DNA of 64,000 bases. Source: Macrostomum lignano (lineage: Eukaryota). Numbering within the stretch: the stretch's first letter is position 1; the number at the start of each line of letters is the position of its first letter. Position numbers and translations under genes: made by a program. Location: assembly GCA_002269645.1 (NCBI GenBank), contig NIVC01003084.1, positions 1 through 64,000 on the forward strand, read 5' to 3'. This document shows, in pieces, positions 1 to 11,730 of the stretch. Below the pieces are notes generated by a model. That model was not told the origin of the DNA and did no database searches. It saw only the letters and a program-made list of their open reading frames with translations.

Positions 1-772
1 TCATGGACCCTACTGTGTCAAGCACAAGCAGACCAGACAGCAGCAATTACTAATGATTGTCCATTGGGCTGGGTATTGGCATTGGGTTGCTAAAGTAAAT
101 TGCCAAAAACAATACTTTCACTATAATGAAAATTATATAACTAGAATATTTACTATATATAGGTAGGCATATTATATAATTGCATAAGGCATATTTTAAA
201 TTAAAAGTAGGTTAACAAGAATTTTGTTTTGTTATAACTTTCTTGACTGAAACAACTTGTACTTGAGTTTTTAGCCTACCCAACACTTTTACACATATTC
301 TATTACTAAAAATGGTTTGTATCTATTTATAGGCCTATAGACTATCTATCTAACTTTTAGTTTCTAACTAGTAGGCCCTTAACTATATATCCTAATCCTA
401 TATACTAAAAATGAAAATCTTGCTTGCTTGTAATTTAGATAAGATATGGCTCAAGCTTAACTAGTAGGCCTAATTTTCTTCAAAATTGCACCATTCAATT
501 AATTAGAAACTTATCCATGATGGTACATGTTTCTTGGCTAAGAAATTGCACAATGCTAAGGGGTTCAAAATTAAAAAGTCTTTTTGAAAAGGTCAAATAG
601 ACTTTTTGACTTTAAAATGCATTGTAAAAAATGCTAAAAAACTAACTAGCTAAATTCTGATTGCATCATACTAGGCTTCTATAGTCTATTTCATGCTTAA
701 AGTTATGCCAGAGGAAAACTGATACAATTTTATCATTTACTTATACCAGACTTATGCCATGCTTATGTACCA

Positions 773-2143
773 GTCACCAATAACTTTGGCGATAGTTCAC
801 TTCGGTGACAGTCACTTTGGTGACAAGTCACTTTGGCAACAATAACAGCTAAAGAATGCATTTATAATAATGTATTTTTTGCCAATGAAATTTCATGATT
901 AAAAAAGCAACACAAATTTATATTTATGTATATTTAGGTATTTAGCTAGGTATATTTATTCTCCTACATGCGCAACTGCTGGCTGACCTGGCCGATCTGG
1001 CCACTGTAAATTGTGGTGGACTAGGGGTAAGTTGCAAAAATGCCCAGCCTAAAGAATACAGATGTAGTATTAATTAGATGACGAGGCATTTAGCCTTATT
1101 TATAAGACAGTCATAGTTACTCCTGCCATTTACCCAAAATTGCATTAGGGTTTCTTTCACAAGTAAGTCACATTTTTGGTCAAAAAGTAAGTCGCATGGC
1201 TAGTGTAAATCAGGGGGGTTGTGCATGTATGTTTATTCTCAATTTAATAAGTAGAAGGTGGGGTTAACACAAGCTCTAGCGGTTGTAAATATGCATGCAT
1301 TACTATGTACTTGTACATTAACTGTACATTAACACAATGTATTTGCCACAAGAGATCTCAGTCTAAAAAAAAGCCACTTGAACTAACAACGACATTGAGG
1401 GCTTTCACAACCGCTTGAATAGTCGGGCTCAATGTGGTCAGCTCCAGTTCTACCTCCTGGTTAAGCTGCTATACGACAAGGGCCACATAGTCTCTATCAA
1501 CTTGCAATTGGTGTCACAAGGTGCTCTGAGGTGGTTGCAGCAAAAGAAGTACCGCCAGTGACAGTCCAAATACTTCAAACTTTGGTTGGAGTATCAAGCT
1601 GGAGACTGATCAATTCAGTCACTTCTAGAGGCTTGCAGCAAGCTGAATGGACCGTAAACTGTCTATGGTGCACCTGCATATGCTTAACTTCTGTAATGCT
1701 AAGACTTCTTTGCATGCTACATGTAGCATCTTTGCTTTTAATGCTTTTAATGCATGTTTATTTCTCTTTCTTTATTTCTGCAATGGAGTGACACAGTGTA
1801 TGTGCCCATACATCCCAATATGCCAAATAAATTTATAACAATACTTACAGTACTATATAATGCAAGTCAATTCATTTTGTACTTTATCATATTTATTGTA
1901 AGTTGGCGCCTCTCAATGTCTTTTAGACATGGCACCTCCCAATGTCTTTTAGACATGGCGGTTCATAACAAAATACTAAAAATTTGTGTTTCTTTTTTAA
2001 TCCAGAAAAATCACACTTTTTAATTGTGAAGTTTCATTGGCAAAAAAGATGTCTTTTAGCTGTTAATTGTTGCCAAAGTGATCCAAATGTGTTGCCAAAA
2101 TGACTGTTGCTGAAGTGACTTGTCACCAAAGTGATTGTAATTC
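773..2143 (+). mobile_element. Decayed non-autonomous Mutator-like (MULE) DNA transposon
   Basis: Degenerate terminal inverted repeats at ~773-855 and ~2052-2143 (CACTTTGGTGACAAGTCACTT...GGCAACAATAACAGCTAAAGA versus its reverse complement). Flanked by a 9-bp direct repeat TATGTACCA at 764-772 and 2144-2152, a typical MULE TSD size. Contains an internal transposase remnant. Confidence 0.8.
1328..1657 (+). pseudogene. MULE transposase C-terminal fragment with in-frame stops
   Basis: Translates ...QEISV*KKAT*TNNDIEGFHNRLNSRAQCGQLQFYLLVKLLY...KKYRQ*QSKYFKLWLEYQAGD*SIQSLLEACSKLNGP*. This matches the (R)TNNxxEGxHNxLN motif of MULE transposases. TGA stops at 1379, 1559 and 1607. Confidence 0.8.
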
Positions 2144-2739
2144 TATGTACCACATGCCAAGCATAATGCCTAGACTAAGGGAAGGTATAGGGCAGTTTGT
2201 TTAAACATTTTCATTACAAAAATTAAAAATATAATACACAAATGTTTCTATTTGTATATTATATTAAAACTTTATAAATATATAGGTATAAAAAAGAAAA
2301 TAATGTAAAAAAATTTGTATTATAACATAATTTCTAAATTTTAAACTTTGTTTTACTTTTTATCAATTTTATTTCCAAGCATTTATGCCAAGGCTTTTTT
2401 TGTAAAATTACACTAGATATTTTGGCATAACAGTAATAAAACAGACCATGGCTAAGCTTTAAATTTATTGACTTTTGTCAGTTTACAATTGATTGGCCTA
2501 ATGTGAATCCAACTTGAATTGTATTACTATAAAACAGAGTTTGGTAGCATAGGCCCTAGAATAAGATTGCATTTACAAATTAGACTTGATTTGCATTCTA
2601 TAATAGTCATATATGCCCAACCTTAAAATTTCACCCATCTAATGCAACTTACTTTTGTCTAGATTTGTGATTTAGTTTCTCCCGATTATGACTTAGTTGC
2701 CCCAATTGCGACTTAATTTTCACTTTGTATATGATTTTT

Positions 2740-2860
2740 CTTGCCTTTTTTATTTTTTCTCTTTTTCTTTTTCTTTCCTCTTCTCTTCTCTCTTTTTCCC
2801 TCCTTTCTTTTCCCTTTCTTTTCCTCTCCCTTCTTTCTTCCCAATTTTTTGTTTTTTGCA
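2740..2860. repeat. Low-complexity polypyrimidine (CT-rich) tract
   Basis: Almost pure C/T run on the + strand. Confidence 0.8.
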
Positions 2861-3117
2861 TTTTCAATTTTGTGACTTACCTTGGTCGGTGGCCATTTCA
2901 CCCATCTGGTTTGGATGGGTTAGACAGGTATTAGGCATATATGATAACAGTATATCTATAATTGTATATTAAATTATTACAAGCTATTTTGAATAAAATT
3001 TAATAATAATTTGTAATGTAGCTCCCAATAAATCAGCCCTATTGGAATAAATGTTAAAAACCCGCAGACGCGCGCTTTAGAAAAGAGTCAAACTATTTTA
3101 CCGCGCTTTAGGATTAT

Positions 3118-3428
3118 TAGAGATGTTCCAAAAGATCTGCAGTTTCATCGAAATCAAAATTTGCTAACTTTCCAAAATCAAAATTGAAATTTCCCAAAAT
3201 CATAATTCAGAAAAACAAAGTTTAGTATGATCAACACTCACTTTTTTACTTTCAATTTACTGCTTAAGCAAAAAGTAATACATGTATATGTAGTAGAAAG
3301 TAGTTTATTTTTAGCGACTTTTTAGACACTACCAAAATTTTCACTTCTAAATTTTATTTCGAAATTGAAATTCGCTCTAAAAATTTCAAATTTTGGAAAA
3401 TTGAAATTGAATTTTCGGAACATCTCTA
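3118..3428. mobile_element. hAT-like MITE
   Basis: TIRs TAGAGATGTTCCAAAA (3118) and TTTTCGGAACATCTCTA (to 3428); subterminal GAAATT/AATTTC repeats. The 8-bp flanks match only partly (AGGATTAT/AGCTTAAT). Confidence 0.6.
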
Positions 3429-4269
3429 AGCTTAATAAATTACGAGTGTATAAGCCCCTTCAACAGAGGTATTATACCCATTTCCATGTATATGTATTTG
3501 CTAGAGCAGCAGCCAGTAAGAAAGGGCAGCGCGCGCAAGCGCTGCGCCTGTGCGCGCGCTGCGCTTTAGAAAAATTTCAAAAGTGCGCCGGACACCGTCC
3601 GCGGTTTTACAACTTTTTCCTATAGGGTAAATCAGTATTGTTTGTCACCTAGGATATAGAAAATATGAATTTATAGTGCAAGAATAGCAATCTAGTGCCT
3701 GCTTGGGGGTGCCCAATAAGTAAAGAACAAAAATTATTTAATAAAGACAATTAAAAAGCATATTTTAATAAGAACTAATTGGTTCTTCAGTTTTAAAAAT
3801 CACCTTATTCATATAAAATTGTCATAGACAAAGATCAATAAAGAAATTAACCTAGTGCTTAAACATTTGTAAATTAAGTTAAAAAATAAAAGAAACACTC
3901 AATTGCCTTTGTAAGATAATATTTTTTTCTTTTTACAGAGCAATAATACTTAATTGCTATAAAAAGTACTAATGCTAAACATTTTCACATTAAAAAAAAT
4001 TTGAGTTTGCTTGTGCTTTATTATACTTTATTAGGTATATTCTATAAGTTTCTAAGTTAATAATATAGTTTACTAAAGTATCTTTGGTTTATTTTACTTG
4101 TATCTAATATTTTTTCAATTTTTTTTAAATTAATAACTATGGCTATGGGAATCTATGGAATATAACAGCAACTACCATATTTCTGTAGTTGTAGCCATAA
4201 GAGCAGCTAGCTACCATAGGCGTATCTATAGCTGCTATAGGGCACCTATTTTACCATATTTGCCATAGG

Positions 4270-4580
4270 ATCCCTAGCACACTAATTATTGCACTTGATA
4301 AGCCAGGATTATTGGACCTAATAAACCAAGGATTATTGCACTTGATAAGCCAAAGATTACTGCACTTGATAAAGAAAGGATTATACCAAGGATTATTACA
4401 CTTGATAAGCCATGGAGTATTATACTAGCTTAGAAAGGGGCTTATGGCACTATCTGAGAAAATGAATATTGCACTAGCTAAGAAGCAGACTATTATACTG
4501 GCTGAAAAAGCTAAAAAAAGAGAGCTGAGACATGGATTATTGTACAACTTAAGAAAGCAATTATTGTATTAGCTTTACTA
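4270..4580. repeat. Degenerate 24-bp repeat (GGATTATTGCACTTGATAAGCCAA); inverted copies at ~4865-4980, further copy at ~6600-6890
   Basis: The unit is visible in several direct copies; TTGGYTTATCAAGTGCAATAATCC (reverse complement) repeats at 4865-4980. Confidence 0.7.
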
Positions 4581-5512
4581 ACTTTAGCTTAGTAACTCAT
4601 GCTAACTTTATGAAGTATAATAAATATCAACTAAGGACTAATCAAATATTATAATCAAATTATAAATACCAATATTACTAGGGCCTAATATATCTTTTTG
4701 ATTCAAAATATTTTGTTTTCTAGACTTTTCGTTAAAGCTACAGCTACAGCTATGGGAATATGGTAACATTGGGGTCCCTCTGGCTACAGAATATGGAGAA
4801 TTGGGATAAGCCATAGTTTTGCTTATGGCTATGGCTATAGTACATGGACCCTCCTTATGGCGGAACACTAGCAATAATCCTTGGTTTATCAAGTGCAATA
4901 ATCCTTGGCTTACCAAGTGCAATAATCCTTGGTTTATCAAATGCAATAATCCTTAACTTATCAAGTGCAATAATCCAAGTCTTTTTATTTAGTCCTTTAT
5001 TAAAAGCTTTCAATAAAAAAATTACACTATTAAGATTTGAACTCAGGTTGCTGCATTAGTAGTCTTGTCTGTTCACATCTAGGCTAGCTCTTATTGAATT
5101 TATAAATGAATTTCTAGCATTTATAATTCAACACTCACCAAGTCAGTTATGCCACAATCAATTTCTTAGGCAAGTTAGTACTAGTCTCTATTAAAGTTAA
5201 TAATATAGTTACGCAATATAAATCAAGTATTGTACTATGTTTCCACATTGCACTTTCAACAATAATGCAATTCAATTCAGTGTCAAAATTCAGCCAGTAA
5301 ATCGACTGGATAAATAAAAAGCTTTGTATAATGCACTTTATTTTAAAATTAGAATTCAGTCAATTAGTTTTTTTCTTAAGCATTCTTACAATGCATTTTA
5401 AGTCAAAAGAGCTGCTTGACCTTGCAAAAAGCATGTTTTTTAAAATATTTAATCCCTTTAACACTGAGCAATTTCTTAGCCACAATGCATGTACTGTTAT
5501 AGGAAAACTTAT

Positions 5513-6163
5513 TAGTGATAGATTCGAATGTTTTTAATGCTTTTAAATTTTTTAAAGTCTAAATGTTGTGGATTTGGAAATTTTATTTTCCAAATTTCTG
5601 AATATGCTTCCAAATATGAAAAAATAAAAAAACAAGTGTTTTTAAGTAAAGTTACTTAACTTTGGAACCTTTGAGGCATTTAACCTAAAGTTGTAGAGAC
5701 ATTTTTAGGTAATCATTGTTTAAGTGTAATCATTATTTTGTTTTTTTTTCAAAATGCAAATGCAACGGACTTAAATGTGCATTATACATGGTAAAGTTAT
5801 CAAATTGCACAAATTTAATGTTAGTTAGTAATAGTAATTGTAATTAGTTTAATAGTTTAGTTTAATGAGTAATGAGATATATAAGAATTAAATTCAATTC
5901 TAAGTTCAATTCAGATACTAGATAGATATAATATAAGCCCGAGATAGATTGAATCTTGTCAGTAAATTAATGTATAGCACTAATGCAATTACTAATTAGA
6001 TGATAAGGCATTTTTGTCACTAAAGGTGTCATAGTTACTCCTGCCATTTACCTTTTTTTGCATTCAGAAACACATTTGGATATTCAGATTCAAATTTGGA
6101 ACTTTTTGTACATTTGGATTTGGTTTTGGAAGCTTGCAAAAATCTACATTTGGTTCATCACTA
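5513..6163. mobile_element. hAT-family MITE with perfect 8-bp TSD
   Basis: Ends TAGTGATAGATTCGAATG (5513) and CATTTGGTTCATCACTA (to 6163). AAACTTAT is duplicated at 5505-5512 and 6164-6171. Subterminal TTTGG/TTCAG motifs. Confidence 0.8.
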
Positions 6164-8442
6164 AAACTTATGATTCAATAGTGCAAGTGTATAGAAAATT
6201 GGTTGAGCTATTTTTTCTCTAATTAATAACATAGATAAATAGATACAGAAGATACAGACAGATTATTTTAGGTATATGGAAAACATTATATTATACACAG
6301 GTCTATGTTACAATTAATAAATTGATTTAAAAGCTACAAAGAAAGGGAAACTGAAAAGAGAGAAGGAAGTAAAATCACTTGATTTGCATTATAAGCCCAG
6401 TGCACTATTGCTAAAAACCTAGATGGCCTCTTCTGAGATATTTAAAAAATTCATATATATTTTATATATTCTAATTTTTTATTATTATATTTCCAATATT
6501 GAAAGACAAAAAATAAATACAAACTTGCTTTATTGCTTTCTTCTAATGACTAAAATATGCTATTTTGTAAGCTGCAAAAGGGTTATTCCAAAGGCTAAGG
6601 AAAGGATTATTGCATTGGTTTAGAAAGGGATTATTGCATTAACTAAAATAGGAATAATCACACTAGCTAAGAACATGATTTTAGCATTGTATAAAAAAGG
6701 ATCATTGCACTTGCACTAATTTAGAAAGGGATTATTATTGCACTAGAAGAAAAAGGAATTATTGCACTTGATAAAAAAGGAATATTGCACTAACTAATAA
6801 ATGGATTATAGTACTAGCTAAAAAGCAAGACTATTTCACTAGCTAAGAGCATGATTATTGCATTAACTGAAGAAAATTTTGTATTAGCTTACTTGCTATC
6901 TAGGGGATGCTTGCTATTTGGAAGGTTCTTGCTATCTAGGGGGAGGGGGTGCTTGCTTTTTGGAGGAGGGGGTTCTTGCTATCTAGAGATTCTTGCTTTT
7001 TTGTCTATGACAAAAAGACTAAAAGAAATTGAAAGCATAAAAGCTTCTAAACTTCTGCTACACTTGACTATTTCTTATAAAGGCCTTTTTTGCTGTGTAT
7101 GTGTAAAATTGCCTAAAATAATTTTGTGGTTTTGAGCTATGAGTACATAGTATTGTTGGTTAAGTTGCCTTTAGCCAAAAAATTCATTGAGTTTTTAGAA
7201 AGTGGGAATTAACAAACTAATACATTGCTATACAAAGTGCATTTAGTTAAAGAGCAGTTGAGCACACTGAAATTGCTAAAAATGGACAAGGATGCAGATT
7301 ATTGACTTAATAAACACATTTAAACTTGGCTAATTTTGCTAGTGAAGTGGGAACTATAAACTAATAAGACTTTATAAGAACAAGGATGGTATGAAGGTTG
7401 TTGCTTGTTGATGTTAAACACATTGTTAAGCTTATAGGGGAATTATAAATCTTAAGGCTTATTGTGCAAAATCCTTTTAGACAAGAGAAGAGAACTTAAA
7501 GTTAGCTTTAGTCCATAGTTACCATTGTAGATGGTGTTGGCATTTTGGTTCTTTGTGTTTTTCAAATCTGAAGATTTGCTCTGCCTTCTTTTCTTTGTCT
7601 GTCTCTCCTTTCTCTATTCCTCTCTAATAATCATTTTCCCAATCAAATTTAGGAAAGTCAAAACTGAAATCAAAATTCAGTCCACCTCTTAGACCATTTT
7701 TTCAAACAATGGAACAAACAGATAAGCAGTTATGTGCAATCTCATGGTAGACTTCAATGATTTTTAATGCAATTTCCATTGCATCTATGGTGTATGGTAT
7801 CAAACCATTGATTAGACCAACTTTTCCATGAGATCATAACCTTTTATCTGTTTGACTAATAAATGTCTTTGATAAATGTAATAAATGTTTGACTACTTAA
7901 CCAAGTTGTATCTATAATTTTAGCTGGCTCGAGCATCCCTTTAAAAAACGATAACCTTAATCCAGAAACTTTAGAGGCAACCCTCATATTTTATGGATGA
8001 AAACCTATATATGGTTTCTTTAAATTGACAATTATTTTGTACATTCACTTTTGGCATCTGTTTATATGGACTAATTATTCTTTAGTGTCAATAAGAGTTG
8101 GGTTAGATTTTCTATTTTTAACAATCATATATAAATGTAATTACTTAACATTAGTTCGAGGCTCTCAGTAGATAATAAAAATAAAAAAAAACAAAAAAGT
8201 TATAAGACTTTAGCATATTTATCTTAGTTATAGTTAAAATGAACACACAGACAAAGAACCCTTGATAGGATTCATCACCTTGCCCTTTATAAATTTATTA
8301 ATGTTTCTTATGGTAGCGAGAAACAGTCAGTCTTGTATATTTCTATTAGGCTGCACAGTTTCAGTGTACATTTGTTAGAAATAGAAACACCGTACAAATA
8401 TTTGCTATTGACTATATTGCACACAAACATTGGACTCCCTTC

Positions 8443-10479
8443 ATGCAGCAGCAGCGGCAGGCTAGCAGCAGCATGATGAGTCAGAAGCAGCCGCAGCTGC
8501 AGCAGGCGCTGACGCCTAGCCGGTCCTATCTAATGGCCGGCAGCGCGTCGCCTGCACCGCCGCAGTCGCCAGCGTCGCTCAATACGCCGCTGAGCAAATC
8601 CGGCAGCGGCGAAGGTGGTCGAAGCGGCGGCGGCGGCAAGTCGGAGACAAAAGTGCCAAAGCCGCCGAAGCCGCCAGAGAAGCCGCTGGTGCCCTACATG
8701 CGCTACAGTAGACGTGTCTGGGAGCGAGTTAAGCTGGATAATCCAAACCTCAAGCTGTGGGAGGTTGGCAAAATTATTGGCCAAATGTGGCGCGAACTTG
8801 GCGACGATGAGAAGCAGGAATTTGTAGAGGAATACGAGGCCGACAAGGCCCAGTATAGCGAGGTGCTCCGCCAGTACCACAACTCGCCGCAGTACCTGGC
8901 CTGGCTAGCCGTCAAAGAGCGGGCCGAGCGCCTTGCCGAGGAGGATGCGGCCAATGCCGCCTCGGCCAACGCAACGGCAGCCGCCGCCATAGCCGCAAAG
9001 CGCGAGGGCCGAGGGCACCACCATCATAACTCTATGGACCATAATCAGCTCGGCGACCATCCCGACGCCGACGGTGGCCACCGCTCCGGTGACCCCGGCT
9101 GGGCACTCGGCGTCAACGGCTTTCTATGGGACGACGAACTGGACGAGGCCTGGTCGATTCGGCACGCCGCCACGGTGCGCTATCGTAGGAATCACCGCCT
9201 ACTGCTTGACGTGCTGTCCGAAGCTCGCGTCCCAGACGGCCGTCAACTGGTGCCGCCAGCCCGGGTTCACAGTCTCAGACGGCAGTGCGAGTCGCTTGAG
9301 GCGCACAATTCCCGATTGTCCACCGAGCTTGCCGCTTTAGAGACTCAACACGGCGAGCGTCGGGCTCAGATGCAACGCTGGACTGAGAGATTTCGCCAGG
9401 CTATGCGAGACTCTTTGGAGGCAAAGCCTAAGCCTGACTTTGCCAAGCTGCTCGCTCGAGCTCAGGAAGACGCTGCGGCTGGTCGGCTTGGCAACGAGGA
9501 TGCGAGATTAGCGCCGCTTCAGCCCATCGCTACCACGAGTGTTTCCCCACCACCGCCGCCGCCGCCGCCGCCGCAGCAGCAGCAGCAGCCTCTAGCGCCG
9601 CCGTTACCGTCGTCGCCCCAGCAGCAGCAGCAGCCAATGATGCAGGATTCGCGCCAATCGGCTCCTGTTCCAGCTCCTCACCAGCCTCATCATCTTCAAC
9701 AGCAGCAACAGTTGCTTCCTCCGCCGCCCCCGCCGCCCCCGCCGCCTCCACCCGTTTCGGAGTCTTCGAAGCCGCCTGCTAAACGGCGAAAAAAGAAAAA
9801 GAAAAAGGAACCAACTCCGCCGCCGCTTGCGCAAGCGGCTTCTCAGCAGCAGCAGCAGCCAGCCCCAAATTCGTCTCTTGGGCCTCCGCCTGCAAAGTCG
9901 CCGTCAGCCAAGTCGCATCACGGCACTCCTAAACAGCAGCAGCAGCATCATCAGCCAGATCATCCAGCCTCCGATTCGATCCCGCCACCTTCTGGCTACC
10001 CTCCTCCGCAGCACCCAATGACCTCCCAGCCACCACCTGGCCATTTCGGTCCGCCGCCGCCCTCGCCCTCGTCGCACGCTGGCGGACCGCCGCCGCCCCC
10101 GCCGCCGACTCACTTTGGCGGCCAACCGCGCGGCGGCTACGGGGCGCCACCAGGCGGCGGAGGCTATGGCGGCCCGCCTTACATGGCCCCGCCAGGCCCG
10201 GCCTATTACCAGCAGCCGCAGCAGCCCTATGGATACGATCCCTCTGCTGGTTATCTGTCCATGCCTCCGCCGCCTCCGCCACCGCCTCCACACGGGGCTT
10301 ATCAGCATCATCAGCAGATGCACATGCAGCACCAGCAGCAGCCGCCGCCGCAGCCGCCGCCGCAGCAACAGCCGCCTCAGCAGCATGCGCCTCCACAGGC
10401 GGGCGGACAACCCTACGTTGGTGGGCCTCCTGGCGTGATGATGCATCATCACCACACACCGTTTCCTCACAACTGCTGA
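8443..10479 (+). CDS. SMARCE1: SWI/SNF subunit BAF57/SMARCE1 (BAP111-like), single exon, HMG box plus Pro/Gln-rich tail
   Basis: 678-aa ORF with PKPPKPPEKPLVPYMRYSRRVWERVK...KLWEVGKIIGQMWREL...YHNSPQYLAWL (HMG box and NHRLI-type RYRRNHRLL motif), followed by a coiled coil. Confidence 0.93.
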   Translation: MQQQRQASSSMMSQKQPQLQQALTPSRSYLMAGSASPAPPQSPASLNTPLSKSGSGEGGRSGGGGKSETKVPKPPKPPEKPLVPYMRYSRRVWERVKLDNPNLKLWEVGKIIGQMWRELGDDEKQEFVEEYEADKAQYSEVLRQYHNSPQYLAWLAVKERAERLAEEDAANAASANATAAAAIAAKREGRGHHHHNSMDHNQLGDHPDADGGHRSGDPGWALGVNGFLWDDELDEAWSIRHAATVRYRRNHRLLLDVLSEARVPDGRQLVPPARVHSLRRQCESLEAHNSRLSTELAALETQHGERRAQMQRWTERFRQAMRDSLEAKPKPDFAKLLARAQEDAAAGRLGNEDARLAPLQPIATTSVSPPPPPPPPPQQQQQPLAPPLPSSPQQQQQPMMQDSRQSAPVPAPHQPHHLQQQQQLLPPPPPPPPPPPPVSESSKPPAKRRKKKKKKEPTPPPLAQAASQQQQQPAPNSSLGPPPAKSPSAKSHHGTPKQQQQHHQPDHPASDSIPPPSGYPPPQHPMTSQPPPGHFGPPPPSPSSHAGGPPPPPPPTHFGGQPRGGYGAPPGGGGYGGPPYMAPPGPAYYQQPQQPYGYDPSAGYLSMPPPPPPPPPHGAYQHHQQMHMQHQQQPPPQPPPQQQPPQQHAPPQAGGQPYVGGPPGVMMHHHHTPFPHNC

Positions 10480-10754
10480 TGTAAATTGCTATTTTTACTA
10501 AATTATTATTAATATTATTATTAATTCATCTTTTTGATATGATTTTATTATACGCCTTGTAACAATTTTTGCCCTATTTTTTTAATTTGTGTCACCCGTC
10601 TACCGTGTTGTGTGGTTTTTATTCTTCCATATGGGAAAGCCATATTTGTGTGTACAAATCTATGCTCAATGATCTACAGAACCGCAGTACCATCCTAAAC
10701 AGTTAGTGTTGTCTTTTTTATCACTGTCTGCTTTGCCCTCATGTAGATCATATG

Positions 10755-11730
10755 CAATTTATTCCCCACTTGGGCCCGGGCTGTAGACTATAGAAACATA
10801 TTTATTCCCCTATTAGGCCCGGCCATAGACTACAGAAACGTATTTATTCCCCACTTGGGCCAGGCCATAGACTACAGAAACGTATTTATTCCCCACTTGG
10901 GCCAGGCCATAGACTACAGAAACATATTTATTCCCCACTTGGGCCAGGCCATAGACTACAGAAACGTATTTATTACCCACTTGGGCCAGGCCATAGACTA
11001 CAGAAACGTATTTATTACCCACTTGGGCCAGGCCATAGACTACAGAAACGTATTTATTCCCCACTTGGGCCAGGCCATAGACTACAGAAACGTATTTATT
11101 ACCCACTTGGGCCCGGCCATAGACTACAGAAACATATTTATTCCCCACTTGGGCCAGGCCATAGACTACAGAAACGTATTTATTCCCCACTTGGGCCAGG
11201 CCATAGACTACAGAAACGTATTTATTACCCACTTGGGCCCAGCCATAGACTACAGAAACGTATTTATTCCCCACTTAAGCCGGGCCATATACTACAGAAA
11301 CGTATTTATTCCCCACTTGGGCCAGGCCATAGACTACAGAAACGTATTTATTCCCCACTTGGGCCAGGCCATAGACTACAGAAACGTATTTATTCCCCAC
11401 TTGGGCCAGGCCATAGACTACAGAAACGTATTTATTCCCCACTTGGGCCAGGCCATAGACTACAGAAACATATTTATTCCCCACTTGGGCCAGGCCATAG
11501 ACTACAGAAACGTATTTATTACCCACTTGGGCCAGGCCATAGACTACAGAAACGTATTTAGTCCCCACTTGGGCCCGACCATAGACTACAGAAACGTATT
11601 TATTCCCCACTTGGGCCAGGCCATAGACTACAGAAACGTATTTAGTCCCCACTTGGGCCCGACCATAGACTACAGAAACTTATTTATTCCTTTATTAGGC
11701 CCGGCCATAGACTACAGGAACGTGTTTATT
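10755..11730. repeat. 42-bp minisatellite, ~23 copies (CCCCACTTGGGCCAGGCCATAGACTACAGAAACGTATTTATT)
   Basis: Direct tandem periodicity of 42 bp. Confidence 0.97.

Noticed and set aside
7640-7790. Minus-strand FDFPKFD peptide reminiscent of a retrotransposon gag motif
   Set aside because: Too short, interrupted by stops, and no supporting LTR or pol remnants were recognised.
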